Shown in pieces: positions 11,791 to 24,599 of a DNA stretch of 64,000 bases. Under the pieces are notes generated by a model that searched no databases, was not told where the DNA came from, and worked only from the letters and a program-made list of their open reading frames with translations. A program made the translations under genes and the position numbers. How positions within the stretch are numbered: position 1 is the stretch's first letter; the number at the start of each line of letters is the position of its first letter. Origin of the DNA: Anthoceros angustus (taxonomy: Eukaryota; Plantae; Anthocerotophyta); assembly GCA_010909165.1 (NCBI GenBank), contig MU008178.1:694369-758368 (forward strand), written 5' to 3'.

Positions 11791-14700
11791 CTAACACCTA
11801 GAACGGGTATCCATCCTGCGTCTCCAGTTAACAAGGCAATTTAAGAAGTCCATAACCTGCGTATGAAGGTAGCATAAGTATCACCCATAAGTATCTTCAT
11901 ATTCGGGATCGTTTTCACCAAAATTCCATGAAAACAAAATTTGCCTTACCTCAGAGGGGTCCCGAAGCGTATATGCAGCACCTGTGCTTTTAGCTACAGT
12001 GGTGACCAAGATTCCACATCCATTTCCCCTCTCCCTCAAAACCTGGGACAAGGCATAGGAATCTTCGTGAGTTCCAAACCATGAACTTCACCATCTTGGT
12101 GGCGAACATTTTAAAAAAAAGCGTCGCACCCCAACATGACAAATCAATATTAGCAATATCTCACATTGAATGCATCTTCATCAGTTCGATCATCCCCAAT
12201 GTACACAGCCAAAACATCTTCTGCGTTCTCCAGGCCTGTGGTTCATATGACAACTGTTGATGTTAACACTCCTGCCAAGCATCCCAAGAGGAACAGACAC
12301 TGTTGCAGCACGCCATAATCTCCACACGATTTTCCTAGCCTGAATTTGAGAGTTCAAACAGGAAGGCTGCAGGTATAAACAAGCATGCAAATAAAAAGTA
12401 CCAAGCGACTTCAGGAGAAACTCCACAGCTTTGCCTTTATCCCACTCGATAGACGGCCGTACTTCCAGCACCTAAAATACACCACCAAGATGCGTCAACT
12501 CCCAGAATCTGGATTGAATGAAGGCAGGGAGAGATTGGGCCAGTTCCACACCTTTCGTCCATGAGTAAGACACAAGCTTGGATAATCCTTCATGACACTT
12601 TGAACCCTTTCCGCTAGGAGTCCCCACTTCTGATAACACAGCGCCAGCAGGGAGTTCCAAAAGTTACGCCCCTTACACTCCAAGCAATGCTAACACACAA
12701 AGCTCTGAAGTCCAAACACAATGACCAAGCACGTGAGATCCACAGCTGCAGGCAAACTTGGCTCACTACCTCGCTCCCGAAAATAAAGGGCACAGAAGTC
12801 GCAAGGGGGGATGTAGCAGCTAGGAGAGGTGCTGAGCTACAGCTACCTTGCATGCTAAGGGAGGGGGTCTCTAAACACTACACAATTGGGAACCCATGGC
12901 TGGGATTTGGGAGAATACGTACTAGAGCCATCATGGTATGTGGGGGCACTGCACATATGGCAACCTGACACTGATCATCATCCTCATGTCCACACCTGCA
13001 CAAGGGCAAGAGTGGAAAATAGGAGACAGTCAGCAGAGTTGGCATCGAGTCTACATGCTATCAAGAAAAAATTGCTTAGAGATGCTGAACAAGTCCAGGT
13101 TTTCCTCTAGCAGACCAGTGATTGTTTAAGACGGGGATTACCAACTATGGAGCTCAAGTAGACGGGGAAATTTCAGCAGAGGAAGGCCACTGCACAAGGT
13201 GACACTGAAAACGGGATAGAGGTAGGCTGACCCCTGCTAAATGACTGAAAGGAGCTGCCAGTCTTCGACATAAGGGAGGGAGAGACTTGTCTCAAAAGAA
13301 GACGCCAGGAACTTGCAAGCAGAATGACGCCCATGGTGGCCAATGGGAGGGGATAGACAGGTTTGTACAAGAGCTAACATGCACGAGGCGCCAGGTACAG
13401 CCAGTCCCAGGCCGCCGTGCAGAATCCAGTCAGCCACTAGATCTTCTTATATGGAGATAAGAGGGCCTGGTTTACAGCCACAAGCTTGTATCTCTAAACA
13501 GGGATAATTCGTTCAAAATCCAAGACAAGAATGCGCATGGCATTACCTCCTCATTTACCCGCCGGAAGTGCACAGTGACACAGTACTTGTTGTTTTCAAC
13601 ATTTGCACCTTCAATGTCCTTCGACTTTTCAGTCAAGATTCGACAGACCTGCACCGCCAAGAAACATTTTGAGCGCAGGCGGTGTGCTGTAATCGAAGAG
13701 CTAGTTCCACTTCCAAAGATGCATCAGTTCCCACAGAGAGCAAGTAGCGCACCTCTTCCATCATAGGGAGAAACTCACGGCCCGGCTGGAAGAGAACCAC
13801 TTCGTTCCCCTGAACAGCATCAGAAACTTCATCAGACAAGACACAATCTGGCACTCTCGAATAGAAACTGCATCCACGTGGGCATTGACGATGAGGATCA
13901 CTTGACGCAGATAGCGATCACACGACAACAGAGTGCTGTAAACCAGGGAAGCACCGCTGGAGCTCACCTTCCTGTCCTTAGTCCTGGTTCCGTCCGCCTT
14001 GTAGCCGTTGCAGCCCTCGGCAGGCCCCATGATATCCATGCCGTGACTTCCGGCGTAGTAGAGCTCGGCTAGTTGTACAAACTCGTAGACCTTGAGAGGA
14101 ACAAGAAGAAAATCGGAAATGAGTGAGTGAAGGCCAACTAGGGGAGCGACACAGGAACAGAGGCTCTACAGGGCCACTCTCACCTTCTCTCTTCCTCGGC
14201 CGCTGATGATGGCTGTCGGGAACAACGTAGCCACGTCCTTCACAATTGCGCGCATCTGTAACATCAAGCATGCAGCAGGCTGTAAGCAGGCAGCAGAGCT
14301 TGCAAGAGCAGCAGCTTCAAGAGTGGTGTTCTCTTGTACCGAATCCGAGATGTACGCCTTGTCTGGGTCCTCCACAATAGGCGAGAGCGTGCCATCATAG
14401 TCCAGAAACACCGCAATCTCCTTCCCTTTGGCTGCAGCCATGAGCTCCTCGAACATATCCAGCGCCGAGGGATGCGCGTCCTGCCAAGAGGGGCGGGACA
14501 TGAAACACAGCTCGAGGCAGCCACACATTGTCGAGTGCAGGGCACCAGCACAATCTCCAGAGTGGCAGCAGGCAGAATTGCATGGGGGCTGGGGAGGCAG
14601 TTAGGGATGACTTACAGTCCATGCCTGGAAGCGGGCAGCGGCGAGATCCTGAGGCCGCAGTCCGAATTTGTAGTCGCCGAGCGAGAAGCCCTGGGGCGGG

Positions 14701-14936
14701 GAGGCGGACTTCATGGCTTCCAGCCAGCCCATTATATGACCATTTTCCGCGCTGCAGGAGCTCTTGCGGTGGGCGGTGATGGGAATGGAGTGCGAGGAGG
14801 CGCTCCCCCTGGGCACCGGCAGGGGGAGCGTGCGGGACTTGGCGGTGGTGGCACCGGCTGCAGCAGCGGGCGCCGGGTGGGAGCAGGGGGGAATGGGCAG
14901 CGCGGGCTGCAGCAGCCGGGGCCGCGCGGCCGGCAT
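11791..14936 (-). CDS. TPP: Trehalose-6-phosphate phosphatase (plant TPP, HAD family), 11 exons
   Basis: GT-AG exons: 14936-14616, 14480-14340, 14255-14184, 14090-13968, 13809-13753, 13648-13547, 12629-12552, 12471-12402, 12235-12165, 12042-11950, 11856-11791. Motifs: [78 protein letters not shown]. The start codon is uncertain (see the leader finding). Confidence 0.95.
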
Positions 14937-15250
14937 GGGGGCAGAGGCGTCGGGCGAGAGAGGGCCGCTGGCAGACGCGGGCGCGAGCTCCGCAGGTTGG
15001 GCAGGCTGCGTGGCCGAGAGCGAGGACTGGGGCTCAGGCTGGGACTGGGGCTCAGCGGGCGCCGGTCTGGCCGGGCGGCGGGCTGCGCGGGAGGTGCAGC
15101 CCGCGCCATGGCGCAGGCTGCAGTTGCTGGGGAGGCGGGGAGAGAGAAGGCCAGAGCAAGGTGGCAGCCCGAGCGCACTGTGCAACAAACAGTGGCGAGC
15201 CACAAAGCCGGAGGAAATGACCCCGCCCGCAGAGAGAGAGGCAGCAGAGC

Positions 15251-15365
15251 AGAGCAGTTCTGCAGAGCCGAGGAGAGCAGTTCTGCAGAGCCGAGGAGAG
15301 CAGTTCTGCAGAGCCGAGCAGAGCAGTTCTGCAGAGCCGAGCCTAGCAGTTCTGCAGAGCCGAGC
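15251..15365. repeat. 23 bp minisatellite x5 in the TPP 5' region
   Basis: agagcagttctgcagagccgag(g/c) at 15251, 15274, 15297, 15320 and a variant at 15343, contiguous with no spacers. Confidence 0.95.
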
Positions 15366-17057
15366 AGAGCAGACACAGCCCAGCAGAGCAGAGCCAAGCA
15401 GTCTTGGCAGACCCAGCCTCAGCAGCAGCAGCAGGACACAGTCTTGCCTCGCATACAGCCGCAGGCCTAGCCGTAGGCTGAGGGATCGGCCCTGAGCACG
15501 ACTGGCCAGCGCCAACAACCGGGACGCGTTCGCAGACTCGGGCTCGGGCTCGGAGCAAGACCAACACGAGGCAGAAAGTCGAATGGAAGAAGAAGTTGGA
15601 GACTTCGCTCCTGCACCATCTTATACGCTCCCTCAAACACCTACCCCACACCCTCTCTCCTCAATGTAAATATTTTTTTAAAAGAGAGCCGGTTCGAGGA
15701 AGCTACTTGGTTCATAATATGTTCGCTTTCGCACTGGGGATCCATTATCTCATCGATTCCGCCCCGCACATCACCGCAATGGACCGATCTGCCAATGGAA
15801 TGGTCACTCTGGGTCGAATATTCCACAAATCAACCTATATAGGCAATGGCATATGAAATTCTCCGCATCATCATTTCCTCCTTGTCCCCTTGTAAAGAAG
15901 AAATTCGATTCTCCAAAGTACGGCATAATATTTGCTCCCATTACACCACCGTTCCGCTTCCTTCGATGGAGGAAGGAGGATAGAGCACAGCACCAAAGGT
16001 GGGTGACGACGGAATGTAATCTTTGTCCATTTGTCCAATTTGCTTACTCTTGTGGTCATGTGGCCAATAGCATCGCTGTGCCATTAGGTTTCTACGTTTG
16101 GGTGACTTGTTGTTGTGTTCCCATCAAGTCCAGGCTGCCAGGCAGGCCGTGGTTTGGTGTGACGCTGATGAGGGAGGGACTAAAATGCTCCTCGTGCCCA
16201 CCTCGTACTAGACGCTCAACTACCTTGGAACAGGACGTGTAGAATGGCGTGAACTGGAGGGGAGCGTGGACAGCTGCTAAAATTGCTGTCCTCCCACCAC
16301 TAAAAGAGGGAGCGGGAACGGGGTTGGAGCGGCGGCGGCGGAGCCGGCTGGGACGCTGGGACTGTCCGACTCCACACATGGGACAGGGCTGGCCGCTGTA
16401 TGTGCTTGTGTTTGTAATTTGTGGACACAAAGTAAAAGAGTGGGGCCTAGCGGTCAACGATGGGGCTGCTGCGCTGCTGTGTTGGGAACCTTCTTTGGGA
16501 GTCGGAATCAAAGTACAGGTTGAAGGATCCTAGCCTCCCAGAACCCCATTTGGCAGGCAAAGGCAACTGCAACTGCAGCAGACAGTACAAGATGATGCAG
16601 ATGGGCATCGTTCTTACCTTTGCCACCTTGCCTACCGGACGTACTGTACACCAGCTTAGCATATTCCATTTCCATTTCCAGTTGGACACAAACTGCCAGT
16701 CCACATGTACATACCTGCGTACAGGGATGGAGCGTGGATGGGCAGATTACGGAAAAGTGTGGGCTGGGTGGGCGATTACGCTGGTGCTGTACCACAGCTT
16801 GCAGGCAGTTTGGAATCGATGCGATGGAGCAACAGCGGCAGCAGCCGGTGAGAGCATGCACATGTATGGTAGTCCAGGTAGTGGTATTTACCGCCACATG
16901 GCCCGTTTGGCGCAACTTGGCGGAGGCCGGCAGGTAGCACGCGAGGTGGCGACTCCACCACTGGCCAGCGAAGCACACCGCTGGGGCAGGCGACTGCAGG
17001 GTTTGGCTTTAACAGCGGCAGGTGGGAAGTTGGGTGGAAGGGAAAGCCAGGGGACTG

Positions 17058-17110
17058 GCCTCTGCCTCTGCCTCTGCCTCTTGCCTCTGCCTCTTGCCTC
17101 TGCCTCTGCC
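17058..17110. repeat. (TGCCTC)n microsatellite
   Basis: Read directly from the sequence. Confidence 0.9.
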
Positions 17111-20100
17111 CTGCCAGTGGATAACTACGCCGGCAATCAAATCATCAGTCTATCCATAGAGCTGGACTGGATGATGGAGGTGAGTCACAGCTTTGTGGGT
17201 TACAGCGGGATGGGGGGGAGCTCAAGAGGCAGCTGCAACCGCTTCGGTGCCTATCACGTATGTAGCTGCCTTCACATTAATATTGCCCATGGAGGCTGTG
17301 ATGAGGGAGCTGCAGGGATGTGCAGGCACACTGGTTTATTAGGTTGACCTTGAGGAGGAGGAAAGACGCACATGAGAAGCATGTGCCGGATCTCGCATCC
17401 AGATCTGGCCCCAGCGTTTTGCTACGACCAGGTCCTGTCAGCCACCATCGCTTTACTCGTGAGCCAGCAGCCTCTCCTACAAGGTAGTGGTGGAGAAGCT
17501 CGCTTGAGATTCCCTACCTGGACCGGGTCCTACAGTGGGCCGCATCACTACCACATAGACACAACGATGCAAGTTAGTTGTAGATACTCTTGCCAGTTAG
17601 ATGTGCGACCAGTCCGAGAGGCGAAGGCCCGACCCCTCCTCCACCCCATATAAAAGAATGGTTGGGACAACAGGCAATCAGTACCTCGAGATGCAAGGTT
17701 CCCATGCTTGCTACAAATGTTCCCTCGAGCTAGCACTGTAGTAGCACAAAGGAAGACGTTCCTCTGGTAAAAGGCTCTGCCACCAGCTCACGGCTCTGCT
17801 GTATGCACTGTTTGTTCCGCGAGGGGTTTGAGCGCCGGGCATACGAGGGTTTCACGCTCCACTTGGCCAATGGTTGATAAATCGTGAGACCTGCTCGCAC
17901 CGTAGGTACAAGCTTGGATAAAAAGCCTGACATGGGGACCACATTCTACAGGACGAAAGCTTCACGTGGGCCACTCTCGATTTTGTGGAGACTTCACGTT
18001 GCGACTCGGTCAATGATGGAGATGCGCTGGCTCCCATCACCGACGCTTCTTCAGCTTCCCTTGTTCCCACCACCGTCCGCTGTACGTTCTTGCACACCAT
18101 GTTATGCTTACAGTATTCCATAACCTCTGCGCCCTGTCGATTTCACCCTCCGCTTGTTGTCCTTTGCGTGGCAAATCCACTTTGGGCAACAAGGCTTGGC
18201 TTTGCTGCTGTTCAATCGCCCTGCCAGTCGCCACTTTCCCTCTGCATTTTCGTCACAGGAGACTGGAGTGATGGAGCCTCTCCAGCCGTTCTGACACCAG
18301 AGCGGTGATGGAGTTTCCACGTATGTCTTGCGTGTGCCTAACACCCACTCTGTGAGGCGGAAGAGGGGTATGGAACCACCGCTTCCTGTATCAGAATTTT
18401 CAACCCCCCCCTTGGAGAGTCATGTCTTGCCCGACATTCTGGCCACCAAGTAGAGATAAACATTTGTGAACAAGTCTAAGCGCTCGTCTAAGCCTCGGTG
18501 TCCGACCTTAGGCAGTATGCTGAAGCCACTGCCACGCACTGAACCATCTCGTCCACAACCTACACAAAGGATGAGGCCAGAGGAGGAAGAACTTCCAAGG
18601 GTAGATAGAGTTCCCAAGATCGATGTGGACAGGAGACTTTATCCATGAGGATTGATGAACATTGTAAGGGTATGAAGTCCAGGAAAGTGAGAGATGTAAC
18701 GGTATGAAGTCCAAGTTTGTACTGGTCGAGTATCAGTGGAGACTGTCTGAGTGGGCCAGTCTATTGCTTTCTAGGTGGAGAGATTTGTCATTAAAAGAGG
18801 GTACTCCTGGCATAATGTATGTAGCAGGGAGGTACTAGTACTCCTGGATGTCCATTACTACTTTGAAGCAGCAACTTCGGACTATAGGGCACTACTTCAA
18901 CTGAAAGCCTCGATCGCATCATCAAAACCATAGCACCGATAAATCACAGATTCACCCCAATCCGTAACCTGGGATGGTATAGATGGAGCAACAGCACATT
19001 TTGCGTGTCAAAATGGTGATTTTATACTGGAATTCAAGATATGAGCAGTGTACTCACTAGTCAGCACCACCATCGGCAATCACATTGCCAGCTGGGCTCA
19101 TCTTGATCTGTCGAAAAGACTCATGTTGAGTTGCCTGACAGGCTTACATATCTTGAGTTACCAGAAGGAGGCAAACTTAAGAGGCAAGTCTTCTTTGAAG
19201 ACGCTTCACCAACAGACACCTAATAGCTTTCTGCAGGCTTTGCTTCCTTCAAATTAAGCGATCTCAGGTCCGTCCTTGACCTCAGTGGCATTGAATCTCA
19301 GAAGTTGAGCTCCTTGAGCTCAAGTCCCAGAGACGAAACGGGTACGTTCTTGTCTAAGTGGCATTGAAAGCTCAGCCACAATTGTGTTTCTGCAGCGGCT
19401 CTTGGTTCGCACCTTGCTTTTTCTCAAGCCCGTGAAGTTGGACACCTCTGCATGTTGCGAGTTGAGCTTCTTGAGCTTAACCCCTAACGACGGGGGGTTA
19501 CAGGGAGCCGCGTTTTGACGAGCCCAATTTCCCAATTCGGGACTTTCCGTCGTTTAGGTGTTAATTAGAGAGGAAACAGAACTGCCGTAGGTGAGAAACA
19601 ATGGTGTACCATACGCACAATTCTTTGGAATTTGTTCGCTATTAAACATCTCACCTCGAGAACTATGATCAAACCATGCCGAACTATCAACTAGGTAGCT
19701 AAAATTAAAATTAAAATTAAAATAATTTTAATTTTAATGATTCTGGAAGCAAGAAAGTTGTGCAGCCAACCTATATTTTTTGCCGGTCGAGTACACGTAG
19801 TTTGCTTTTTTAACAGCTCCGAGTGAGCCCAATTTGCCTAGCACGATTTGGCAGCTTGTTTGTAACATAACATCTAATATCCTATCTATGTTTTCAAATG
19901 GTCATCATCCATGTGAAAAATTGAAAAGGTATTATTCCTCTACACTTCTTTTGCTAGCTGCTCATAAAAAGTCATTAGTCTTCACAAATAAAAAGTCATT
20001 AGCCTTTACATATAAAAATTCATTTGTGATAGAAGTTTTGCCTCTCGATTGCCATAAACCAAGCATACATAGTATTTTCAATTAGTGACAATAGAAGGGA

Positions 20101-20273
20101 AACTTCTTTCACATATAAATTATAATATATAAAGGTTAAACTACATTTAATTACAAGAAGAGGAAGGCCATTTGACATTTTCACATAAACGGGTAACCAA
20201 TTTCAAACATAAATAGCATATAAAAGACCTTTCAAGACATGAACAACAAAGAGGAAAAAAAGAATTAATAATA

Positions 20274-20623
20274 CTGTACCCCAAGGGGTAATTCGGTGCT
20301 AATTAATTAAAATTCGTAAAAGTTGAAAATCCAAAAATTACTATATTTAAAACGCTGAATGTGTAAAAATTTACAAGTTTAAGATGCCGAAAACAAGGAA
20401 ACTAAGGTTTGTGTGGAAAATTAGGGCCTGTTTAGGGGAGGTCTATATATATATCCATTAGTTCTATATGGATATCTATGTATTCTAATAACTGTTGAAA
20501 TTCGATAATTTTTTTTATAAATATTTGAAATTTTGAAAATATAAATATTTATGTTGAACTTTATTATTTTCAAAAAAATATTTATTTCGGCATTACCCTA
20601 TTGAACCACCCCTCGGGGTGTGG
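20274..20623. mobile_element. Old Tc1/mariner-type (Stowaway-like) MITE
   Basis: Flanked by TA on both sides (20272-73 and 20624-25). The left end ctgtaccccaaggggtaattcgg and the reverse complement of the right end ccacaccccgaggggtggttcaa differ only by transitions. The interior is AT-rich. Confidence 0.5.
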
Positions 20624-21639
20624 TAATATACTTGTATTATATCAATTAGCCTAACGGTAAATAAGTAAAATATAATCAGCCCTAAATAGGCAGAAGGAGC
20701 TTTGCTTGATTAGTGCATCTAATTAGATAGGATACGTTAGTTTTGCAGCCGTACATGGAAAGTGGCTTGTATGTGCTACAAGGGCTACCAGCCTCCAGGT
20801 GTGTGGGCTCTGCAATCTGGCGCGACGCGGAGTCGGGAGCACAGTAGCAAGCTGTCGAGTTTTCAGCCGAGCCAGATCTGGGATTTGCATGGACCTGCGC
20901 TCAATTGGCGGTGGGAGCACAGGGAATCGCGGTCACAGGTTGGAAAGCATAAAATCCAAATAGGACGAAAAATGTCAGCAAGGGGGCCCCCACCGACAAA
21001 TCGGCTGCATGCGTCGCTTGTACCAACAGTGACGAGCCTGTATGTACGCTCTGCGTCACCAGTCCCCGTGCACGTTCTCGAGTACCTACTGTGCGGGAAG
21101 ATCATACTGCTGACTGAGGAGTAATTTGTGATGGACAAGGTGCAAGGTTATGTGGAATTACACAGTTGCATCAGTCGGCTTAGGCTCACTCGAGGGCATC
21201 TTAAGCTCACAAGCATGAACTAAAGAGAAGAGCCGGGCACAGGAACTGATGGCGCTACAATGCTTCTTCATCCACCAAGCAAATGAAACACATAATCAAT
21301 AAAGAAAGACTGACATCCTACCTAGGATAACATACATAGCTTGAGCCATAGACACCAAGACCAGGATCTCTGTTGACGCTGGTCAGGCCGAAACGGATCA
21401 CACAGCTCACGTCCTACACGCTGACTTCTTTAGAATGGCACAACCACGAGGGGTGAGCTAGGGCGGATGAGTCTACCCTTGAGGCGGGCATGTCATCCCA
21501 TGCTGCCAAGAGTGCTTGGATGACTTGACTCATCGGAAAGTAGGAGAAATGCAGATTTATGTCCAGCAGGCCTAGCATCTTACCCTGTCACAGTCCTGAA
21601 AGGCAGTCGAGAGGCAGCCCGAGCCCGAGCCCTCGTTGC

Positions 21640-22449
21640 TCACGCAGGGATATCCCAGTCGATGTGCCTTCGGAGCACTGGAATCACCTCCTCCGGCGAG
21701 CTGAGTTGTGGCAGGTGTCCTTCTGTGGGGAGCACCTCCACGATTGTCTTACCTCCCAGGCTATGGCGCAGGTATTCCGACACCACCACGGGCACAGCCA
21801 GGTCCCGGCTGCTCTGCAGAATGTGGCAGGGAACGCTTACCCTTGGACAAATGGGGCGCATGTCGGACTGGAAAATGGTCTTCGCCACACTGAAAGCGAT
21901 GTCTGGCCGGATGTTGAACAAGGTTCTGCTGAACTCCTGCACAGCCAAGGCCTCCATGTCCGCCCCCACAGCCAGGGGCGCAAACCCCGACACCCACGAC
22001 TTAAAATTGGACTGCATGGCCACAAACAGCTGGTTCAAGTCCTCCTGCTCAAACCCCCCGAAGTAGTTCACATCGTTTAGGTAGCGGGGGGACGCCGAGA
22101 TCATGATGATCTTGGCAAACAAGTCGGGCCGCTCCACAGCCGCAAGGCACCCCACCATCCCGGACACCGAGTGCCCCACGTAGATGCAGCTCTCCACCTC
22201 CAGCTCGTCCAGGATGGTGAGAAGGTCGTCCGCGTAGCCGTGCAGCGTGGAGTAGCGAGGGAAGCTGAAGTAGTCAGGGTTTGTGGTCCCGGCCCCCATG
22301 TTGTCAAACAACACCACCTTGTAGTCGTCCACCAAATGCGGCACCACATGCTTCCACACTGACTGATCCGTGCCGAAGCCATGTCCCAGCATCACGATCT
22401 GCTCCCCGCTCCCCACCACCCTCACATTATGCGCCTCCAGGATCGACAT
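21640..22449 (-). CDS. KAI2: KARRIKIN INSENSITIVE 2 alpha/beta-hydrolase receptor, 269 aa, single exon
   Basis: Uninterrupted [32 protein letters not shown]. Catalytic triad motifs [12 protein letters not shown] and EGHLPQLS are present, as are KAI2-type SPRYLND and [17 protein letters not shown]. Confidence 0.97.
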   Translation of the reverse strand: MSILEAHNVRVVGSGEQIVMLGHGFGTDQSVWKHVVPHLVDDYKVVLFDNMGAGTTNPDYFSFPRYSTLHGYADDLLTILDELEVESCIYVGHSVSGMVGCLAAVERPDLFAKIIMISASPRYLNDVNYFGGFEQEDLNQLFVAMQSNFKSWVSGFAPLAVGADMEALAVQEFSRTLFNIRPDIAFSVAKTIFQSDMRPICPRVSVPCHILQSSRDLAVPVVVSEYLRHSLGGKTIVEVLPTEGHLPQLSSPEEVIPVLRRHIDWDIPA

Positions 22450-22683
22450 ATTGGCTCACTCGCTCCTTCCCAGACACCCTCTCCACCAAATTCCACAAGC
22501 AAGCTCCCCGGCGGAGACGAGAGTCCAGCAGAAGCTTGCGGCCCTAGCCGCAGGCAGCAGGGATGGAGAGGACGCAGGGAAAGGAGAATAAAGCGCCACA
22601 ATGCTGTAAGCGTACTCGTGCCTTTATGGGAGCCTATGTCTAAAAACACCGAGTGTATTCCCCTTTGATCGGATCCGATTTTA

Positions 22684-22690
22684 TTTTATA
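22684..22690 (-). promoter_or_regulatory. Candidate TATA box for KAI2
   Basis: TATAAAA on the minus strand ~235 bp upstream of the ATG, with a pyrimidine-rich leader after it and GC-rich sequence upstream. Confidence 0.45.
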
Positions 22691-22959
22691 ATATGCTCAA
22701 ATGGGCATCCGATCTCAGGCCTCTTACCCCGCGGCTACCCCGCCGACGCTGGCGCGGGTCGCGCTTTTACTGTAGCGTGACTCCAGTCGGGATCACGCTG
22801 ATGAGCGCACGATCCTCCTGGGGAATGGGAGCGCGTGCTGGATGAGCCTGAGTCGGTGCAGAGGAGCTGTCAGTTGCTGCAGCAACTATCTCCGGGCGTC
22901 AGGCGTTCATCGATGGCTCTTCTGCCACTCAAATTCTGATGAGTGATGTGTGATCGGCT

Positions 22960-24450
22960 CCATTCCTGGTGGATGGCAAGTTCTGGGGGTCAAATGCAGA
23001 GCTGGGTGATGAGCCGAGTATGGCAGCGATAAACATTGCATCGCTAGTATGTGGGATGCCCTGTTGGAAGCAGACGGACTGTTGTGCGGGAGGAAGTGTG
23101 TTTGTAGGCTCATCTTTGCAGGGGCCCCTAGAAATGATGCAGGCAAAGCTGCTTGGAGGGCAGGCTCGTATAAGTCACAACTGGAGATGCACTTGGCCAG
23201 CCCCAGAGCTATCTCAGGTACTCGTGACCTCGGTAAACCTGCCGGTTGGAGTCTTGATGTCTGTTCACCAAATTGTTTTCTTTTGGTGTTCCAGTACCAT
23301 GTGAATGAGGGACTAAAGTCCAATCTTCTGGGCTGGACAGGAACCAGAGTTCCGGCTTGGCAGCTTCGTGTACCCTGCAATTATCAGGTCAGCTGCTTGG
23401 AGAAGGCAGTCAATTGATCAGTACAGTGTGGCAGTTGCTGCTAGCGACAAACGCGGAAGGAGGCTGTGGGATGGTAGTAGTGGTGACATTCACATTCATA
23501 ATTACGAGTTAGTGCATATGGAAGGAGTCACTTGACGCCTTTTCAGCAGATGCCACATTTCGGATGTGAGCAATGTGTCCAATCAAGTCTTGTTGTCGGG
23601 ACTGTGCGAAGAAGAGTCGTGGCAGAAAGCTCTCCAACTGTAATATGAGAAGGGGTTTGGAGCCGTCTGACACAGTACATGCGAAGGTAATCTTGTGTCT
23701 CAATTCCCATCGGCTAATGAGATGCACTCGTGCTGTTTTCTGTGTGAGCAAAGCAAGAGCTTATGATTGAACTTCGACATTCTGAGTGGCTTCATGAACA
23801 GTGTGCGAATGTAAGATGCTCTGGAGCTGTTTGAGGAAGCCAGTCCAAGAGTTAAAGTTAACCTTGTTCAATCAGCTGATTTCGGGTTTAGGAAAAGTTG
23901 AGGAGTGACGCTGGAGTTGAAGCAGGCGAGATTCATTCCTTGTCAGTGCACGGTCACCTCACTGATCCTTCAGCTTGCAAGAGCAGGGAAGTGAGGATGC
24001 CAGCAAGCTCATTTGAGAAGATGGGACATGCCTGATACATCCCGTGCTGTTGTCACTCATAATTCCATTTGTCTATGTCGTTGGAAGGCTGGTCGTTGAG
24101 AAGGAGCACTGAAATATGTTTGAAATATTTTGAAGCTTTCAGACCTCTAGAGTTCTATCGGAGCAGTCACCTGCAGTATCTTGTGTATGCTGTCGTTGAG
24201 GGAGGACAACTAGCAAAGGCGGGGGGATATCTCGGATGGGACGTATTTTTGAATCAGAAGAGTTCAGGTAGGAAATTGCCATACAGTAGCCTTCTAGAGT
24301 ATGAGACCTTTGAAGAGAAAAAGGGCGTGACGCCGAGTGGACTGTGTGTGTGTCACGCAGCTTCTGTCATCCATGGCTTTGAGAACAGAGAGGTTGAAGC
24401 TTTCAGAACATTTAACCTCCACAAAGACATGTTGAGGCTTATCCTGTCGC
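22960..24450 (+). pseudogene. Degenerate PPR-like remnant, partly duplicated at ~41190-41470 (+) and ~39880-39930 (-)
   Basis: Fragments ALELFEE, GGQLAKA and SVIHGFENREVEAF; the copy reads SSIINGLHDREGEASRTVDLFKECAQAG. The string ggatgccctgttggaagcagacgg is shared by all three loci. The duplication is clear; the PPR identity is tentative. Confidence 0.35.
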
Positions 24451-24599
24451 TGTTTAGGGCCTGTCGACTAGCTCCGAGAAACCAAACGTGGCCTTCGCCA
24501 GCCAATCAGGACGGCCTTCAGGATTAGCTGCAAGAACTGCTATCACGTGCTGCCCATTGTAAATCTGCTTCACACAACTCTTCACCTCCTCCTCATGAC

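Noticed and set aside
15251-15365. 23 bp repeats as a CRISPR-like array
   Set aside because: The repeats are contiguous with no unique spacers, there are no cas genes, and the context is eukaryotic. The same applies to the 51, 100 and 161 bp arrays.
14334-15470. 378 aa plus-strand ORF and other long ORFs over the TPP 5' end
   Set aside because: These are GC-rich, low-complexity antisense shadows of TPP exon 1 and the minisatellite, with no domain motifs.
14937-16400. Angiosperm-type conserved-peptide uORF upstream of TPP
   Set aside because: I saw no upstream peptide resembling the conserved TPP uORF as I recall it; only unrelated uORFs are present.
16460-17347. 295 aa plus-strand ORF
   Set aside because: It starts at a non-ATG codon, crosses a (TGCCTC)n microsatellite and has no recognisable motif.
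21559-22080. 173 aa ORF antisense to KAI2 (and similar ones opposite the P450, FBPase and MYB)
   Set aside because: These are expected shadows of GC-rich coding sequence.
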